Position numbers and translations under genes: made by a program
Assembly: GCA_950097015.1 (NCBI GenBank)
Contig: CATNEN010000034.1
Span: 558,001 to 622,000 of the forward strand
DNA: 64,000 nucleotides
Reading direction: 5' to 3'
Origin: Macrostomum hystrix
Taxonomy: Eukaryota; Animalia; Platyhelminthes
Notes under the pieces: generated by a model
The model's database searches: none
What the model saw: only the letters and a program-made list of their open reading frames with translations
What the model was told of the DNA's origin: nothing
Part shown: positions 1 to 12,540 of the stretch, in pieces
Layout of the letters: each line of letters opens with the position of its first letter
How positions within the stretch are numbered: the stretch's first letter is position 1

Positions 1-128
1 GCTCCAGAACTAGTGCCAGCGGTGGCAGCAACAGCGGTCGGAGTGGGCGGCATGGTATGCGCCAGAGCAGTAGCGGTTGCAGAAGTGGAGGTGGTGTCGC
101 CGGCATCCATCGAGCGCGTGATAACCAT
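1..128 (-). CDS. Possible 5' end of an ORF running off the window (MVITRSMDAGDTTSTSATATALAHTMPP...), possibly retroelement gag-like
   Basis: ATG at 128 (minus), open to the window edge, GC-rich and T/A/S-rich. The MxxTRS start is reminiscent of some gag proteins. Only 42 codons are visible. Confidence 0.25.
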   Translation of the reverse strand, partial: MVITRSMDAGDTTSTSATATALAHTMPPTPTAVAATAGTSSG

Positions 129-473
129 GAATTATTTGAAGAGTTGTGAACGCTCTGCTACCAAATTTGTCGCTTGGACAACAAACTAATTAGCAGTTTG
201 GATGGAGTTTATTTAGTGGCAGTGGAAGGAAAAGGTGAGGCAGATAGAAAGGAACATGGACACGCTTGAGGGCACGCTTACACGCTAAGAGAACCTGTAA
301 CGGAGAGGTGGTCTTGTACATAGATATAAAAGTGGTAAACGCAAATGGATGAGGTCACAGACAATAAATAAGGTTAGCTGCAACTAATGTGTTAAGGGGA
401 CTAAAAGTACATGAAAACGTAAGACGAAGACGAAGGCCCAAAAGAGGCGAAGAATTGGAGGATTATAATCCGA

Positions 474-815
474 CACTCTCTAATTGGTCAGTTTAGAAAA
501 GAACTGCCACTCTCTAATTGGTCAGTTTAGAAAAGAACTGTCACTCTCTAATTGGTCAGTTTAGAAAAGAACTGCCACTCTCTAATTGGTCAGTTTAGAA
601 AAGAACTGCCACTCTCTAATTGGTCAGTTTAGAAAAGAACTGTCACTCTCTAATTGGTCAGTTTAGAAAAGAACTGTCACTCTCTAATTGGTCAGTTTAG
701 AAAAGAACTGCCACTCTCTAATTGGTCAGTTTAGAAAAGAACTGTCACTCTCTAATTGGTCAGTTTAGAAAAGAACTGTCACTCTCTAATTGGTCAGTTT
801 AGAAAAGAACTGCCA
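474..815. repeat. 34-bp tandem repeat, ~10 copies (cactctctaattggtcagtttagaaaagaactgy)
   Basis: Units start at 474, 508, ...; each unit contains an inverted CCAAT (attgg). Confidence 0.95.
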
Positions 816-1410
816 CCTTTTAAATGGTCAGCTTTCAAGAGAACGACAACTGTTTGATTGATACCTGTAGCAATGTTCTGCATCGAATTGAGGTTTTTAT
901 ATTCTATTTGTGACAAAAAATATATATTTCTATCAAAGTTTTTTCTTGATTATTCTTCATTCCAATTCTTAAAACGTTTCTTGAAATTTTCATATCATTA
1001 TGTGGATATTACATGTTGTTCATAATATAATTTATAATGCCTTCAGATTTCTATGAATTTGCTAAGAAAATCTAGCAGTTTTTTTAATAAATATTGCACT
1101 CATTTTTCATTTTTATGTGTCTCTTTTGTACAATCAATTGCGATACAAAGAATAGACAGGAAAATAAAGTTTTTTAATATGCATTTCGCCTAGTTTCTGT
1201 AGCTTCACTTGTAGCTTGTACTTATAAGAGAGTACTTGCAAATAAGATTAAAAGTGCTTTTCATAAAAATGTTGAGTATTATGATATCGAAAAAATAATA
1301 CTTTTTAAAATGGTTAAATGTCTTTCGATCAGTTTTAGGTTGACTGTTCAGAGATAAACGTTTTGTTATTTTAGAGTTCGGGGTTTCCCTGCTCTCCCTA
1401 CAAAGGTATT

Positions 1411-3172
1411 AGCAGTCAATCAGTTAGGGATTATCAGTCTGTCAGTTAGGGATTAAAAGATTAGGGATTAGTCAGCTTGGGATTAGAAGATTAGGGATTT
1501 GTCAGTTTAGGATTAGCAGTCTGTCAGTTAGGGATTCTCAGTCTGTCAGTTAGGGATTATCAGTCTGTCAGTTAGGGATTATCAGTCTGTCAGTTAGGGA
1601 TTATCAGTCTGTCAGTTAGGGATTCTCAGTCTGTCAGTTAGGGATTAGAAGATTAGGGATTAGTCAGTTAGGGATTATCAGTCTGTCAGTTAGGGATTCT
1701 CAGTCTGTCAGTTAGGGATTATCAGTCTGTCAGTTAGGGATTCTCAGTCTGTCAGTTAGGGATTATCAGTCTGTCAGTTAGGGATTATCAGTCTGTCAGT
1801 TAGGGATTCTCAGTCTGTCAGTTAGGGATTATCAGTCTGTCAGTTAGGGATTCTCAGTCTGTCAGTTAGGGATTATCAGTCTGTCAGTTAGGGATTATCA
1901 GTCTGTCAGTTAGGGATTATCAGTCTGTCAGTTTGGGATTATCAGTCTGTCAGTTAGGGATTATCAGTCTGTCAGTTAGGGATTAGCAGTCTGTCAGTTA
2001 GGGATTCTCAGTCTGTCAGTTAGGGATTATCAGTCTGTCAGTTAGGGATTATCAGTCTGTCAGTTAGGGATTCTCAGTCTGTCAGTTAGGGATTCTCAGT
2101 CTGTCAGTTAGGGATTATCAGTCTGTCAGTTAGGGATTATCAGTCTGTCAGTTAGGGATTATCAGTCTGTCAATTAGGGATTATCAGTCTGTCAGTTAGG
2201 GATTATCAGTCTGTCAGTTAGGGATTAGCAGTCTGTCAGTTTGGGATTATCAGTCTGTCAGTTAGGGATTATCAGTCTGTCAGTTAGGGATTAGCAGTCT
2301 GTCAGTTTGGGATTATCAGTCTGTCAGTTAGGGATTATCAGTCTGTCAGTTAGGGATTAGAAGATTAGGGATTAGTCAGTTTGGGATTATCAGTCTGTCA
2401 GTTAGGGATTAGAAGATTAGGGATTAGTCAGTTTGGGATTATCTGTCTGTCAGTTAGGGATTATCAGTCTGTCAGTTAGGGATTAGAAGATTAGGGATTA
2501 GTCAGTTTAGGATTATCAGTCTGTCAGTTAGGGATTATCAGTCTGTCAGTTACGGATTATCAGTCTGTCAGTTAGGGATTATCAGTCTGCCAGTTAGGGA
2601 TTAACAGACTGCCAGTTAGGGATTATCAGTCTGTCAGTTAGGGATTAACAGTCTGTCAGTTAGGGATTATCAGTCTGTCAGTTAGGGATTATCAGTCTGT
2701 CAGTTAGGGATTATCAGTCTGTCAGTTAGGGATTAGCAGTCTGTCAGTTTGGGATTATCAGTCTGTCAGTTAGGGATTAGCAGTCTGTCAGTTAGGGATT
2801 AGCAGTCTGTCAGTTTGGGATTATCAGTCTGTCAGTTAGGGATTATCAGTCTGTCAGTTAGGGATTAGAAGATTAGGGATTAGTCAGTTTGGGATTATCA
2901 GTCTGTCAGTTAGGGATTAGAAGATTAGGGATTAGTCAGTTTGGGATTATCTGTCTGTCAGTTAGGGATTATCAGTCTGTCAGTTAGGGATTAGAAGATT
3001 AGGGATTAGTCAGTTTAGGATTATCAGTCTGTCAGTTAGGGATTATCAGTCTGTCAGTTACGGATTATCAGTCTGTCAGTTAGGGATTATCAGTCTGCCA
3101 GTTAGGGATTAACAGACTGCCAGTTAGGGATTATCAGTCTGTCAGTTAGGGATTAACAGACTGCCATTTAAG
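1411..3172. repeat. 22-bp minisatellite containing TTAGGG (gttagggattatcagtctgtca), ~80 copies
   Basis: Direct reading. Variant units (ttagaagattaggg, tacgg) recur with a 508-bp offset (2551/3059). Confidence 0.95.
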
Positions 3173-3206
3173 GATTAGCGCTAATCCGTCCGCCCGCATT
3201 TTCCAG

Positions 3207-4547
3207 GCCGATCGGCAGGAGAGCGACTGGGTCCGGGTGGGCCTGGCCGGCTGCTCCAACCTCACAGCGGCGGTGGCCACCAACCCTATCGATGTGGTGA
3301 AGATCCGCCTGCAGATCCAGGGCGAGGCGGCCAATCGGACCAGCAGCGCCCGCTACGCCGGCTTCCTGCGCGGCCTGGCCACCATCGTCAGGAACGAAGG
3401 CGCTCGCGGCCTCTACAAAGGCGTCGTGCCCTCCATGATGCGCGACGGCGGCTACGGGGCTATTCGAGTCGGCCTGTACGAACCTGTTAAGCGGCTATTC
3501 GGCGAGACAGATCCGGCCAATTTCTCATTGTGGAAGAAGATCTGTTCAGGCGCCGTCACCGGCTCACTGGGCAGCGCCATTGCTACGCCAACTGATCTGG
3601 TCAAGGTGCGAATGCAGGCGTTTGAAGCCGGGGCCAGGTATAGCGGCACCTGGCACGCCTTTGTTAGCATCTACTCCGAGGGCGGCCTGACGGCCCTGTA
3701 CAAAGGCATCGGACCCACCGTGGCCCGGGCGGCTGTGGTCACGGCCACTCAGGTCAGCGAGCGATTCTCCGTTTATTTTTAGAAGTTAAGGGCGCGGGGT
3801 TAGCTGAGGCCAAATCGAACCAGAATTTCAGTTAGGTGAGAATTGGGTCAAAAGATTCCTACGTCTGATTTTTAGTCTGGGTTTAGTCTGATTTAGGTCA
3901 GGTAGAAGTAGGGTTTAGTCTGATTTAGGTGAGGTCGAAGTAGGGTTTAGTCTAATTTAGGTCAGGTAGAAGTAGGGTTTGGTCTGATTTAGGTCAGGTC
4001 GAAGTAGGGTTTAGTCTGATTTAGGTCAGGTAGAAGTAGGGTTTAGTCTAATTTAGGTCAGGTAGAAGTAGGGTTTGGTCTGATTTAGGTCAGGTCAAAG
4101 TAGGGTTTAGTCTGATTTAGGTCAGGTCTATGGTGAATCTGATTAAACCTAATGTGAGTTATTCCCCACAGCTACGCGTGCATAACTGATCCCGCTCAGG
4201 TTCCGTCCTACGATCACTTCAAGCACAGCATGCTTAGCCGCGGCCTGCTAAAAGAAGGCCTGGCCTTACACTTTCTAGCCAGCATGTTCGCTGGCCTGAT
4301 GTGCGCCATTACAACTTCGCCACTGGACGTTGTGAAGACTCGGGTGATGAATCAGCAGACTGTGGGCCACCGAGGTGCTGTCTACGCCAATGCTTTCGCC
4401 TGCGCCTCCGCAGCCGTCCAATCCGAGGGCCTTCGCGGCCTCTATAAAGGATTCGTGCCCAATTGGATGCGAATCGGGCCGCACACTGTCATCACATTCA
4501 TGATCTTTGAGCAGCTCAGAAAATTGGTCGGTATTAGGCCTATCTAG
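3207..4547 (+). CDS. Mitochondrial carrier (SLC25 family; UCP/ucpB/SLC25A14-30-like); exons 3207-3752 and 4200-4547; the start-codon exon upstream was not located
   Basis: Three carrier signatures Px(D/E)xx(K/R)xR: PIDVVKIRLQ, PTDLVKVRMQ, PLDVVKTRVM. Acceptor ttccag at 3206, donor after 3752, acceptor at 4199. The join is in frame (ATQ|VPSYDHFK). Confidence 0.9.
3880..4128. repeat. Intronic 32-bp tandem repeat (gggtttagtctgatttaggtcaggtagaagta)
   Basis: Period 32 (3911, 3943, ...). Confidence 0.9.
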
Positions 4548-5268
4548 GTACAATCCTGCTCTGAGGTATTCTCTGTCCATTGTGTGTGTCTGTTAGTGTC
4601 ACTTATGGATCTGTGTTATCCTGATTGGAATATGATCATACGATTTCGAGCTTTTTTGCTCATTATGAATTTCCTACGCTTCTTTTATGGCCGATATGTA
4701 TCGAAACTAACCAGCGCTACATATTTTTAATTATTTTCGTCATCGAACAATAAATAGGAAGTTCCTTCGCTTCTCTACTGACAGTAGTGTTTTGATGCTT
4801 ATGAAAATGTACTTTTCTTGTTAACTTTTTAGCAATTAATTGATTCGATCCGATTTTTTACATCGAGTAACAAATTTGCTGGCAATTTCCTGTCTACCTG
4901 ACAGATGGCAGGAAGACTGCAATACAATTATGCGGATTATTCGATGCCTACTGGATAACCCAGCAGGGATACATGATTTCCAGCCTGTTTCTCTTATTGC
5001 GAAGATGACTATTTTATTGATTTGCACTTTCTTGGCTTATCAGAACTGTTGATCTTCTTGCGTGCGGCGAAATATCTTTGCTTATTGCCAGAATGTAAGA
5101 AGCTTGCAATTTATTCCGCGTTGTCAGATAGAGGATAAATAAATTATGAATTAGGATTTTTTATTTGAATTTTGAAATTTACGAAATTTAAGCATTTGAA
5201 TTTGCTGTTGAATCTTTTGTTCTCCTATCAACTCACATGTTGACTCGATCCCGTCACATAGGATAATC

Positions 5269-5590
5269 CACTGTCCCATCAGATCCTCAGGTCAATCCAC
5301 TGTCCCATCAGATCCTCAATCCACTATCCCATCAGATCCTCAGATCAATCCACTATCCCATCAGATCTTCAGGTTAATCCACTGTCCCATCAGATCCTCA
5401 GATCAATCCACTATCCCATCAGATCCTCAGGATTATCCACTGTCCCATCAGATCCTCAATCCACTATCCCATCAGATCCTCAGGATGATCCACTGTCCCA
5501 TCAGATCCTCAATCCACTATCCCATCAGATCCTCAATCCACTATCCCATCAGATCCTCTGGATGATCCACTGTCCCATCTGATCCTGAGG
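5269..5590. repeat. 24/29-bp tandem repeat (atccactrtcccatcagatcctc[aggtca])
   Basis: Direct reading. Confidence 0.9.
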
Positions 5591-5740
5591 TTTAATAAAT
5601 CATCTTATCAGGTTGGTATATGTGAAATAGCTGAGATGCTCGAGAGTAAATTGTTAGTAGCTGATTAATAACTGAGTAAAGTTTGACACGCAGTTTATCA
5701 TTGTTCTGTTTTCAGCGTGCGGGCTTGAAGAATCGGACAG

Positions 5741-8700
5741 ATGCCGAAAATTCCAGACAGGTATAATAAATCATCGACTGCTAATTGTTGGAATTCAGCT
5801 AACCGAGAGTGGAGCATTTAAAGCGGCTATTGTTAATGACGCATTTCAGATGGGACGATTATAACCCTTTCTCTCAGGTGATGATTGACACCAAATTCCT
5901 GGCTATCAAAGTGCCGCTAAGTCAGGTAAGCGCTGATTAATCTCAATTAATGATCAGTATCCATTAGTCTCAATTTAGGAATCTTTTAATTTGTTTAATT
6001 ATGAAACTGCAGAATTTTGTTGCCAACATGCCGGCCGAGAAGCAGTTTACGCCTAGCAACCTGGTGCTGCGTTGCAGACAGATGGGCATTCGCCTGGGCC
6101 TCGTTGTGGACCTCACTTTCACCACTAGATACTATAATCCCCAGGTGGGAGATTGTTGACTAGATGCTGCTGTGAATTATTCAGCATTTCATTTTTTATA
6201 CGCTTTCGGTCCTAAAACTTTTGATATATTGACTTCGGCTTTTTAGTTCAAAGCGGGGTCTGGTTTGGGATTTGGAGTGGAATCTGGTTTGGGATTTAGA
6301 GTGGAATCTGGTTTGGGATTTAGAGTGGGATCTGGTTTGGGATTAAGAGTGGGATCTGGTTTGGGATTTAGAGTGGAATCTGGTTTGGGATTTAGAGTGG
6401 GGTCTGGTTTGGGATTAAGAGTGGAATCTGGTTTGGGATTTAGAGTGGGATCTGGTTTGGGATTAAGAGTGGGATCTGGTTTGGGATTTAGAGTGGAATC
6501 TTGTTTGGGATTTAGAGTGGGGTCTTGTTTGGGATTGAGAGTGGGATCTGGTTTGGGATTAAGAGTGGGATCTGGTTTGGGATTTAGAGTGGAATCTGGT
6601 TTGGGATTTAGATTGGGATCTGGTTTGGGATTAAGAGTGGGATCTGGTTTGGGATTAAGAGTGGGATCTGGTTTGGGATTAAGAGTGGGGTCTGGTTTGG
6701 GATTAAGAGTGGGATCTGGTTTGGGATTAAGAGTGGGGTCTGGTTTGGGATTAAGAGTGGAATCTGGTTTGGGATTTAGAGTGGGGTCTTGTTTGGGATT
6801 TAGAGTGGGGTCTTGTTTGGGATTTAGAGTGGGGTCTTGTTTGGGATTTAGAGTGGGGTCTTGTTTGGGATTTAGAGTGGGGTCTTGTTTGGGATTGAGA
6901 GTGGGATCTGGTTTGGGATTAAGAGTGGGATCTGGTTTGGGATTTAGAGTGGAATCTGGTTTGGGATTTAGAGTGGGGTCTTGTTTGGGATTTAGAGTGG
7001 GGTCTTGTTTGGGATTGAGAGTGGGATCTGGTTTGGGATTAAGAGTGGGATCTGGTTTGGGATTTAGAGTGGGGTCTTGTTTGGGATTTAGAGTGGGGTC
7101 TTGTTTGGGATTTTGAGTGGGGTCTTGTTTGGGATTTAGAGTGGGGTCTTGTTTGGGATTTAGAGTGGGGTCTTGTTTGGGATTGAGAGTGGGATCTGGT
7201 TTGGGATTAAGAGTGGGATCTGGTTTGGGATTTAGAGTGGAATCTGGTTTGGGATTTAGATTGGGATCTGGTTTGGGATTAAGAGTGGGATCTGGTTTGG
7301 GATTAAGAGTGGGATCTGGTTTGGGATTAAGAGTGGAATCTGGTTTGGGATTTAGAGTGGAATCTGGTTTGGGATTAAGAGTGGGATCTGGTTTGGGATT
7401 TAGAGTGGGATCTGGTTTGGGATTTAGAGTGGAATCTGGTTTGGGATTTAGATTGGGATCTGGTTTGGGATTAAGAGTGGGATCTGGTTTGGGATTAAGA
7501 GTGGAATCTGGTTTGGGATTTAGAGTGGGGCCTGGTTTTGGATTAAGAGTGGGATCTGGTTTGGGATTTAGAGTGGGATCTGGTTTGGGATTTAGAGTGG
7601 GATCTGGTTTGGGATTTAGAGTGGAATCTGGTTTGGGATTAAGAGTGGGATCTGGTTTGGGATTTAGAGTGGGGTCTGGTTTGGGATTGAGAGGGATCTG
7701 GTTTGGGATTTAGAGTGGGGTCTGGTTTGGGATTAAGAGTGGGATCTGTTTTGGGATGATTTGCTACACCCGAGTCGCCTGGATTCCCCAAGTTCATTTT
7801 TCCAACCGTTTGTTCCCTAACTCAGGAGTTCACCAGTCAAGGCATTCTGTACGAGAAGATTTTTGTAGAGGGCCACAGCGTCCCGGATAGGAATTGCGTG
7901 AACAAGTAAATAGCAGCTTTTGTTTTGCCTCTTAAACAGATTTTTTGAGTAGGAATTTTTCTGTTGGGCTCTGATTGCTTCTTCAAATATCCCAATTTTA
8001 TTGTCGCGTTCCAGGTTCAAGGCAGTCGTCAATGAGTTTAGGATGGCCTCACCTGGTTAGCGCGCTTTCAGCATTGTTGATTTGGATATCTTTGTGTCAT
8101 ACAAATCGTGACGTCAAAGCCTAACAGAATCCCTTCTGAAGGCCTCAAATAATCCCTTCTCATAGCCTTGAATAATCCCTTCTCATAGCCTTGAATAATC
8201 CCTTCTCAAAGCCTTGAATAATCCCTTCTTAAACCCCTTGAATAATCCCTTCTCAAAGCCTTTGAATAATTCCTTCTCAACCCCTTGAATAATTCCTTCT
8301 CAAACCCTTGAATAATTCCTTCTCAAAGCCTAACAGAATCCCTTCTCAACCCCTTGAATAATCCCTTCTCAAAGCCTTTGAATAATTCCTTCTCAAAGCC
8401 TAACAGAATCCCTTCTCAACCCCTTGAATAATCCCTTCTCAAAGCCTTTGAATTATTCCTTCTCAAAGCCTAACAGAATCCCTTCTCAACCCCTTGAATA
8501 ATCCCTTCTCAAAGCCTTTTGAATAATTCCTTCTGAAAGCCTAACAGAATCCCTTCTCAACCCCTTGAATAATCCCTTCTCAAAGCCTTTGAATAATTCC
8601 TTCTCAAAGCCTAACAGAATCCCTTCTCAACCCCTTGAATAATCCCTTCTCAAAGCCTTTGAATAATTCCTTCTCAAAGCCTGACAGAATCCCTTCTCAA

Positions 8701-9518
8701 CCCCTTGAATAATCCCTTTTCAAAGCCTGAAGTTATCCCTACTCCAACTGTAGCAGAATCCTATCTCAGCTTATCGCAAACACTCCTTCAGACTGTGTAG
8801 TGGCAGTCCACTGCACACATGGCGTGAATCGCACTGGCTACATGATCTGTCGCTACCTAATCGACGTTGACGGCTGGCCCGCCGAGCTGGCTATATCCAA
8901 ATTTGGCGAAGCTCGCGGCTTCCCCATCGAGCGGGAGAACTACCTGGACGATTTGCGCTCCTATGTGGCCAAGGTGAGTTGCTGTTGCTATTAATAAAAA
9001 TATATATTAGCAACGGTAGCTTGAGTTCGAATTCGTGCCTAAAACAGGCAACCGACTCCCAGGCAGCAGGCGAACGTGTTGAGCTCAGCGACGTCGCCAC
9101 CCTCGAAGTTGAGGGCGGTGGCAATGGCGGGAAGTGGCAGCAACATCAGCAGCGTCAATGGAATCATCATCGGGTCTCCGGCCAGATGCCGCGTCACCCT
9201 TATCATCAGCAGCCGCGACAATGGGTTAGACACGACTACCAAGTCTACAACCATTACTACGCTGACTATGGAAACCAGTTTTATTACGGTGTCCATGGCA
9301 ACTACTATGCCAATCAGCATCCTGATGGTAGGCATGGCTACGGAAATAACAGCCGTCAGCAGCATCGCCCGCGTCACCAACATAGACATCAGCAGCAGCA
9401 GCAGCAGTATCATCAACATCATCGTCAGCATCAACATGATCCTCAGCCGCAGCAACAGCAGCAGCAGCAGCAACAGAATCTGCATCATAAAAAACATCAG
9501 CAGCAGCAGAAATCTTAA
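5741..9518 (+). CDS. DUSP11: DUSP11/PIR1-like RNA 5'-tri/diphosphatase with a Q/H/Y/G/N-rich tail; exons 5741-5760, 5850-5925, 6013-6144, 7826-7905, 8015-8055, 8792-8973, 9048-9518 (~333 aa)
   Basis: Spliced frame reads MPKIPDRWDDY...FLAIKVPL...LGLVVDLTFTTRYYNPQ...KIFVEGHSVPD...VAVHCTHGVNRTGYMICRYLIDV. All introns are GT-AG and the phases are consistent. HCTHGxNRTGY is the PIR1/RNA-triphosphatase P-loop. Confidence 0.92.
6256..7755. repeat. Intronic 24-bp minisatellite (gtgggatctggtttgggattwaga), ~62 copies
   Basis: Direct reading. It produces the spurious GLGFRVGS ORFs. Confidence 0.95.
8127..8740. repeat. Intronic 23-24-bp minisatellite (aatcccttctcaaagccttgaat) with a ~70-bp three-unit higher-order period
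   Basis: The taacagaatccc variant recurs about every 70 bp from ~8330 to ~8690. Confidence 0.9.
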
Positions 9519-9944
9519 GCAGAAAAGGCAAATGATAACATATTGTTTAGCATGGGCGCTGATTTACAGTCTCATTTGAGTGTTTCATTTAATTTTTTCT
9601 TTTTAACTAACAGGCTTTGAAACACAGGTTCTGGTTATTATTTGTTCGTCGTCTGTCCCTACTCCGATCAACATTCATAGATGCCCTTTGATTTATTGAG
9701 AGCGAAATTGAGCCGCTGTTTTGTTATTCACCTATACTAAATCCCTGAGGTCTTATTTATTCGAAAGCTTATTTTGTGCTTATGGTTTAGAGTTTTTTAC
9801 TAAGCGTGGTTAAATAAATCGGCTTGGTTTGGCAACAGAATTATTAACTGGCATCTGTGCGTCAAAAATTACTCAATGCGTCAAAATTAAAGTTTGGCAA
9901 ACAACAGCTTCTTTTATATCCTGAAATTTGTGTCTTCTTCTCCT

Positions 9945-10470
9945 TCTACCCTGTCTCCATTTCCCTCCCATTACCTATCTCCTGTCTCTCCCTCTCTACC
10001 TGTCTACTCTCTACCTTTCTCCCTTTATCTACCTATCTCTCTCTACCTGTCTTCCTCTCAACCTGTCTCCCTCTCTACCTACCTTCCTCTCTACCCGTCT
10101 CCCTCTCCACCTACTTTCCTCTCTACCCGACTCCCTCACTATACCTGTCTCCCTCTCTACCTACCTTCCTCTCTACCCGTCTCCCTCTATACCTGTCTCC
10201 CTCTCTACCTACCTTCCTCTCTACCCGTCTCCCTCTCTACCTACTTTCCTCTCTACCCGACTCCCTCACTATACCTGTCTCCCTCTCTACCTACCTTCCT
10301 CTCTACCCGTCTCCCTCTCTACCTACCTTCCTCTCTACCCGTCTCCCTCCCTCTACCTGTCCCTCTCTCTACCTGTCTTTCTCCCTCTACCTGTCTCTCT
10401 CTCTACCGGTCTCTCTCCCTACCTGTCTCTCTCTCTACCTGTCTTCCCACCTCTACCTGTCTGTCTCTCT
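9945..10470. repeat. Degenerate CT-rich polypyrimidine repeat (ctctctacctgtct / ctacccgtctcc)
   Basis: Direct reading; the + strand is almost purely C/T. Confidence 0.9.
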
Positions 10471-10904
10471 GTTTTTCCGTATTCCCTGATTCCACACTGT
10501 TCGGCTATCTCCCTACCTATCTCAGGTCTTGCTGCCTCCCTTCACCCTTCACTCTCATTGTATCTGTGTTTCATGCTTCTCGTTAGAATCCTCATCGGTC
10601 AAGGCTCCCTTACGGCATTTTGGAATGCAAGTTCGGACTGCCCTCAGTCCAGCCGATGATGACTAATCGCACCGTGAAGCGGCAATGCACGCGGTTTCGA
10701 ATTTCGCCTGCAATTTAGCTGTCAGCCGTAGGCTCTGACTTTGACATGACTTGCCTGGAAAATTCCTTTGAAATACGCTAAGAGGACCAAATATGGCCAT
10801 CCAGCAGACTTTATCCTTCACTCGCCGATGCCTGTTTGCTGATTCTAAATCAACTTACAGCCGCGCGCACCCATCTGCGGGGTCATTCGGGTGCGTGCTG
10901 GCTC

Positions 10905-11942
10905 ATCCCCAGCTATCCAATCTCCAATCTTCATCCCCAACTCTCCAATCTCCAATCTCCATCCCCAGCTATCCAATCTCCAATCTTCATCCCCAGCTCT
11001 CCAATCTCCAATCTCCATCCCCAGCTCTCCAATCTCCAATCTTCATCCCCAGCTCTCCAATCTCCAATCTTCATCCCCAGCTCTCCAATCTCCAATCTCC
11101 ATCCCCAGCTATCCAATCTCCAATCTCCATCCCCAGCTCTACGATCTCCATCCCCAGCTATCCAATCTCCAATCTCCATCCCCAGCTCTACGATCTCCAT
11201 CCCCAGCTATCCAATCTCCAATCTCAATCCCCAGCTCTCCAATCTCCAATCTCCATCCCCAGCTCTCCAATCTCTAATCTCAATCCCCAGCTCTCCAATC
11301 TCCAATCTCCAATCTCCATCCCCAGCTCTCCAATCTCCAATCTCCATCCCCAGCTCTCCAATCTCCATCCCCAGCTCTCCAATCTCCAATCTCCATCCCC
11401 AGCTCTCCAATCTCCATCCCCAGCTCTCCAATCTCCAATCTCCAATCTCCATCCCCAGCTATCCGATCTCCATCCCCAGCTCTCCAATCTCCATCCCCAG
11501 CTCTCCAATCTCCATCCCCAGCTATCCGATCTCCATCCCCAGCTCTCCAATCTCCATCCCCAGCTCTCCAATCTCCAATCTCCAATCTCCATCCCCAGCT
11601 ATCCGATCTCCATCCCCAGCTATCCGATCTCCATCCCCAGCTCTCCAATCTCCATCCCCAGCTCTCCAATCTCCATCCCCAGCTATCCGATCTCCATCCC
11701 CAGCTCTCCAATCTCCATCCCCAGCTATCCGATCTCCATCCCCAGCTCTCCAATCTCCATCCCCAGCTCTCCAATCTCCAATCTCCAATCTCCATCCCCA
11801 GCTATCCGATCTCCATCCCCAGCTCTCCAATCTCCATCCCCAGCTCTCCAATCTCCAATCTCCAATCTCCATCCCCAGCTCTCCAATCTCCAATCTCCAT
11901 CCCCAGCTCTCCAATCTCCAATCTCCATCCCCAGCTCTCCAG
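10905..11942. repeat. Minisatellite built from ctccaat, ctccatccccag and ctatccgat blocks
   Basis: Direct reading. Confidence 0.93.
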
Positions 11943-12540
11943 CCTTGTAGCATTGGTCTCGGCCTCCCTCTAGCCCAGTAGTGCATCTCCGGTCTTTCAG
12001 CAGTGCTTATTTCATATCCGATTTCTCTCGACGCCAATCGAATTCGGCATTTCAAATTGCATTAGATTCTTCTCTTCCCAGCCTCTCTGTCTAGGTAGTT
12101 CCGCTTAACTCGCTGTATGTTAGGCCTAAACTAAATCTAATTGAAAACAAACTGGCCTATTACCTTACCGTCTCTGCAGGGTTGGAGAGCGACCCCGGAT
12201 CCTGCCGTGAGGGCTTTCAAATCCGGTGGCTGTACTTTCTAGGGAAAGAGAGAAGGCAAATATTGGATGGAGAGGAGGGCGGCGAGGAAGGAATATCTTG
12301 CGATCATTGGACAGGAGAGTGCGGTCAGGTATAACTTAGTGATATCGCCGACCACCTCAGAATTGTTCTTATCAGCAACAGCTGGGGCAGAAGGGGCAAA
12401 GTTTTCACCTGCATTAGCCGGACCTCGCTGCTTGCCCACCGCAGCTTTTTTAACTGCAAAATCTAATTAATAAATTTCAATATCCTTCAACAGAGACTTC
12501 AGCCTTTCCTGAAGCTTTCTTAATTCTTTAAAAAATTATT

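Noticed and set aside
6265-7713. Long ORFs GLGFRVGS...
   Set aside because: Translation of a 24-bp intronic minisatellite inside DUSP11.
9857-12055. Several 200-385 aa ORFs on both strands
   Set aside because: CT-rich and ctccaat/ccccag repeats that are open in many frames; no domain content.
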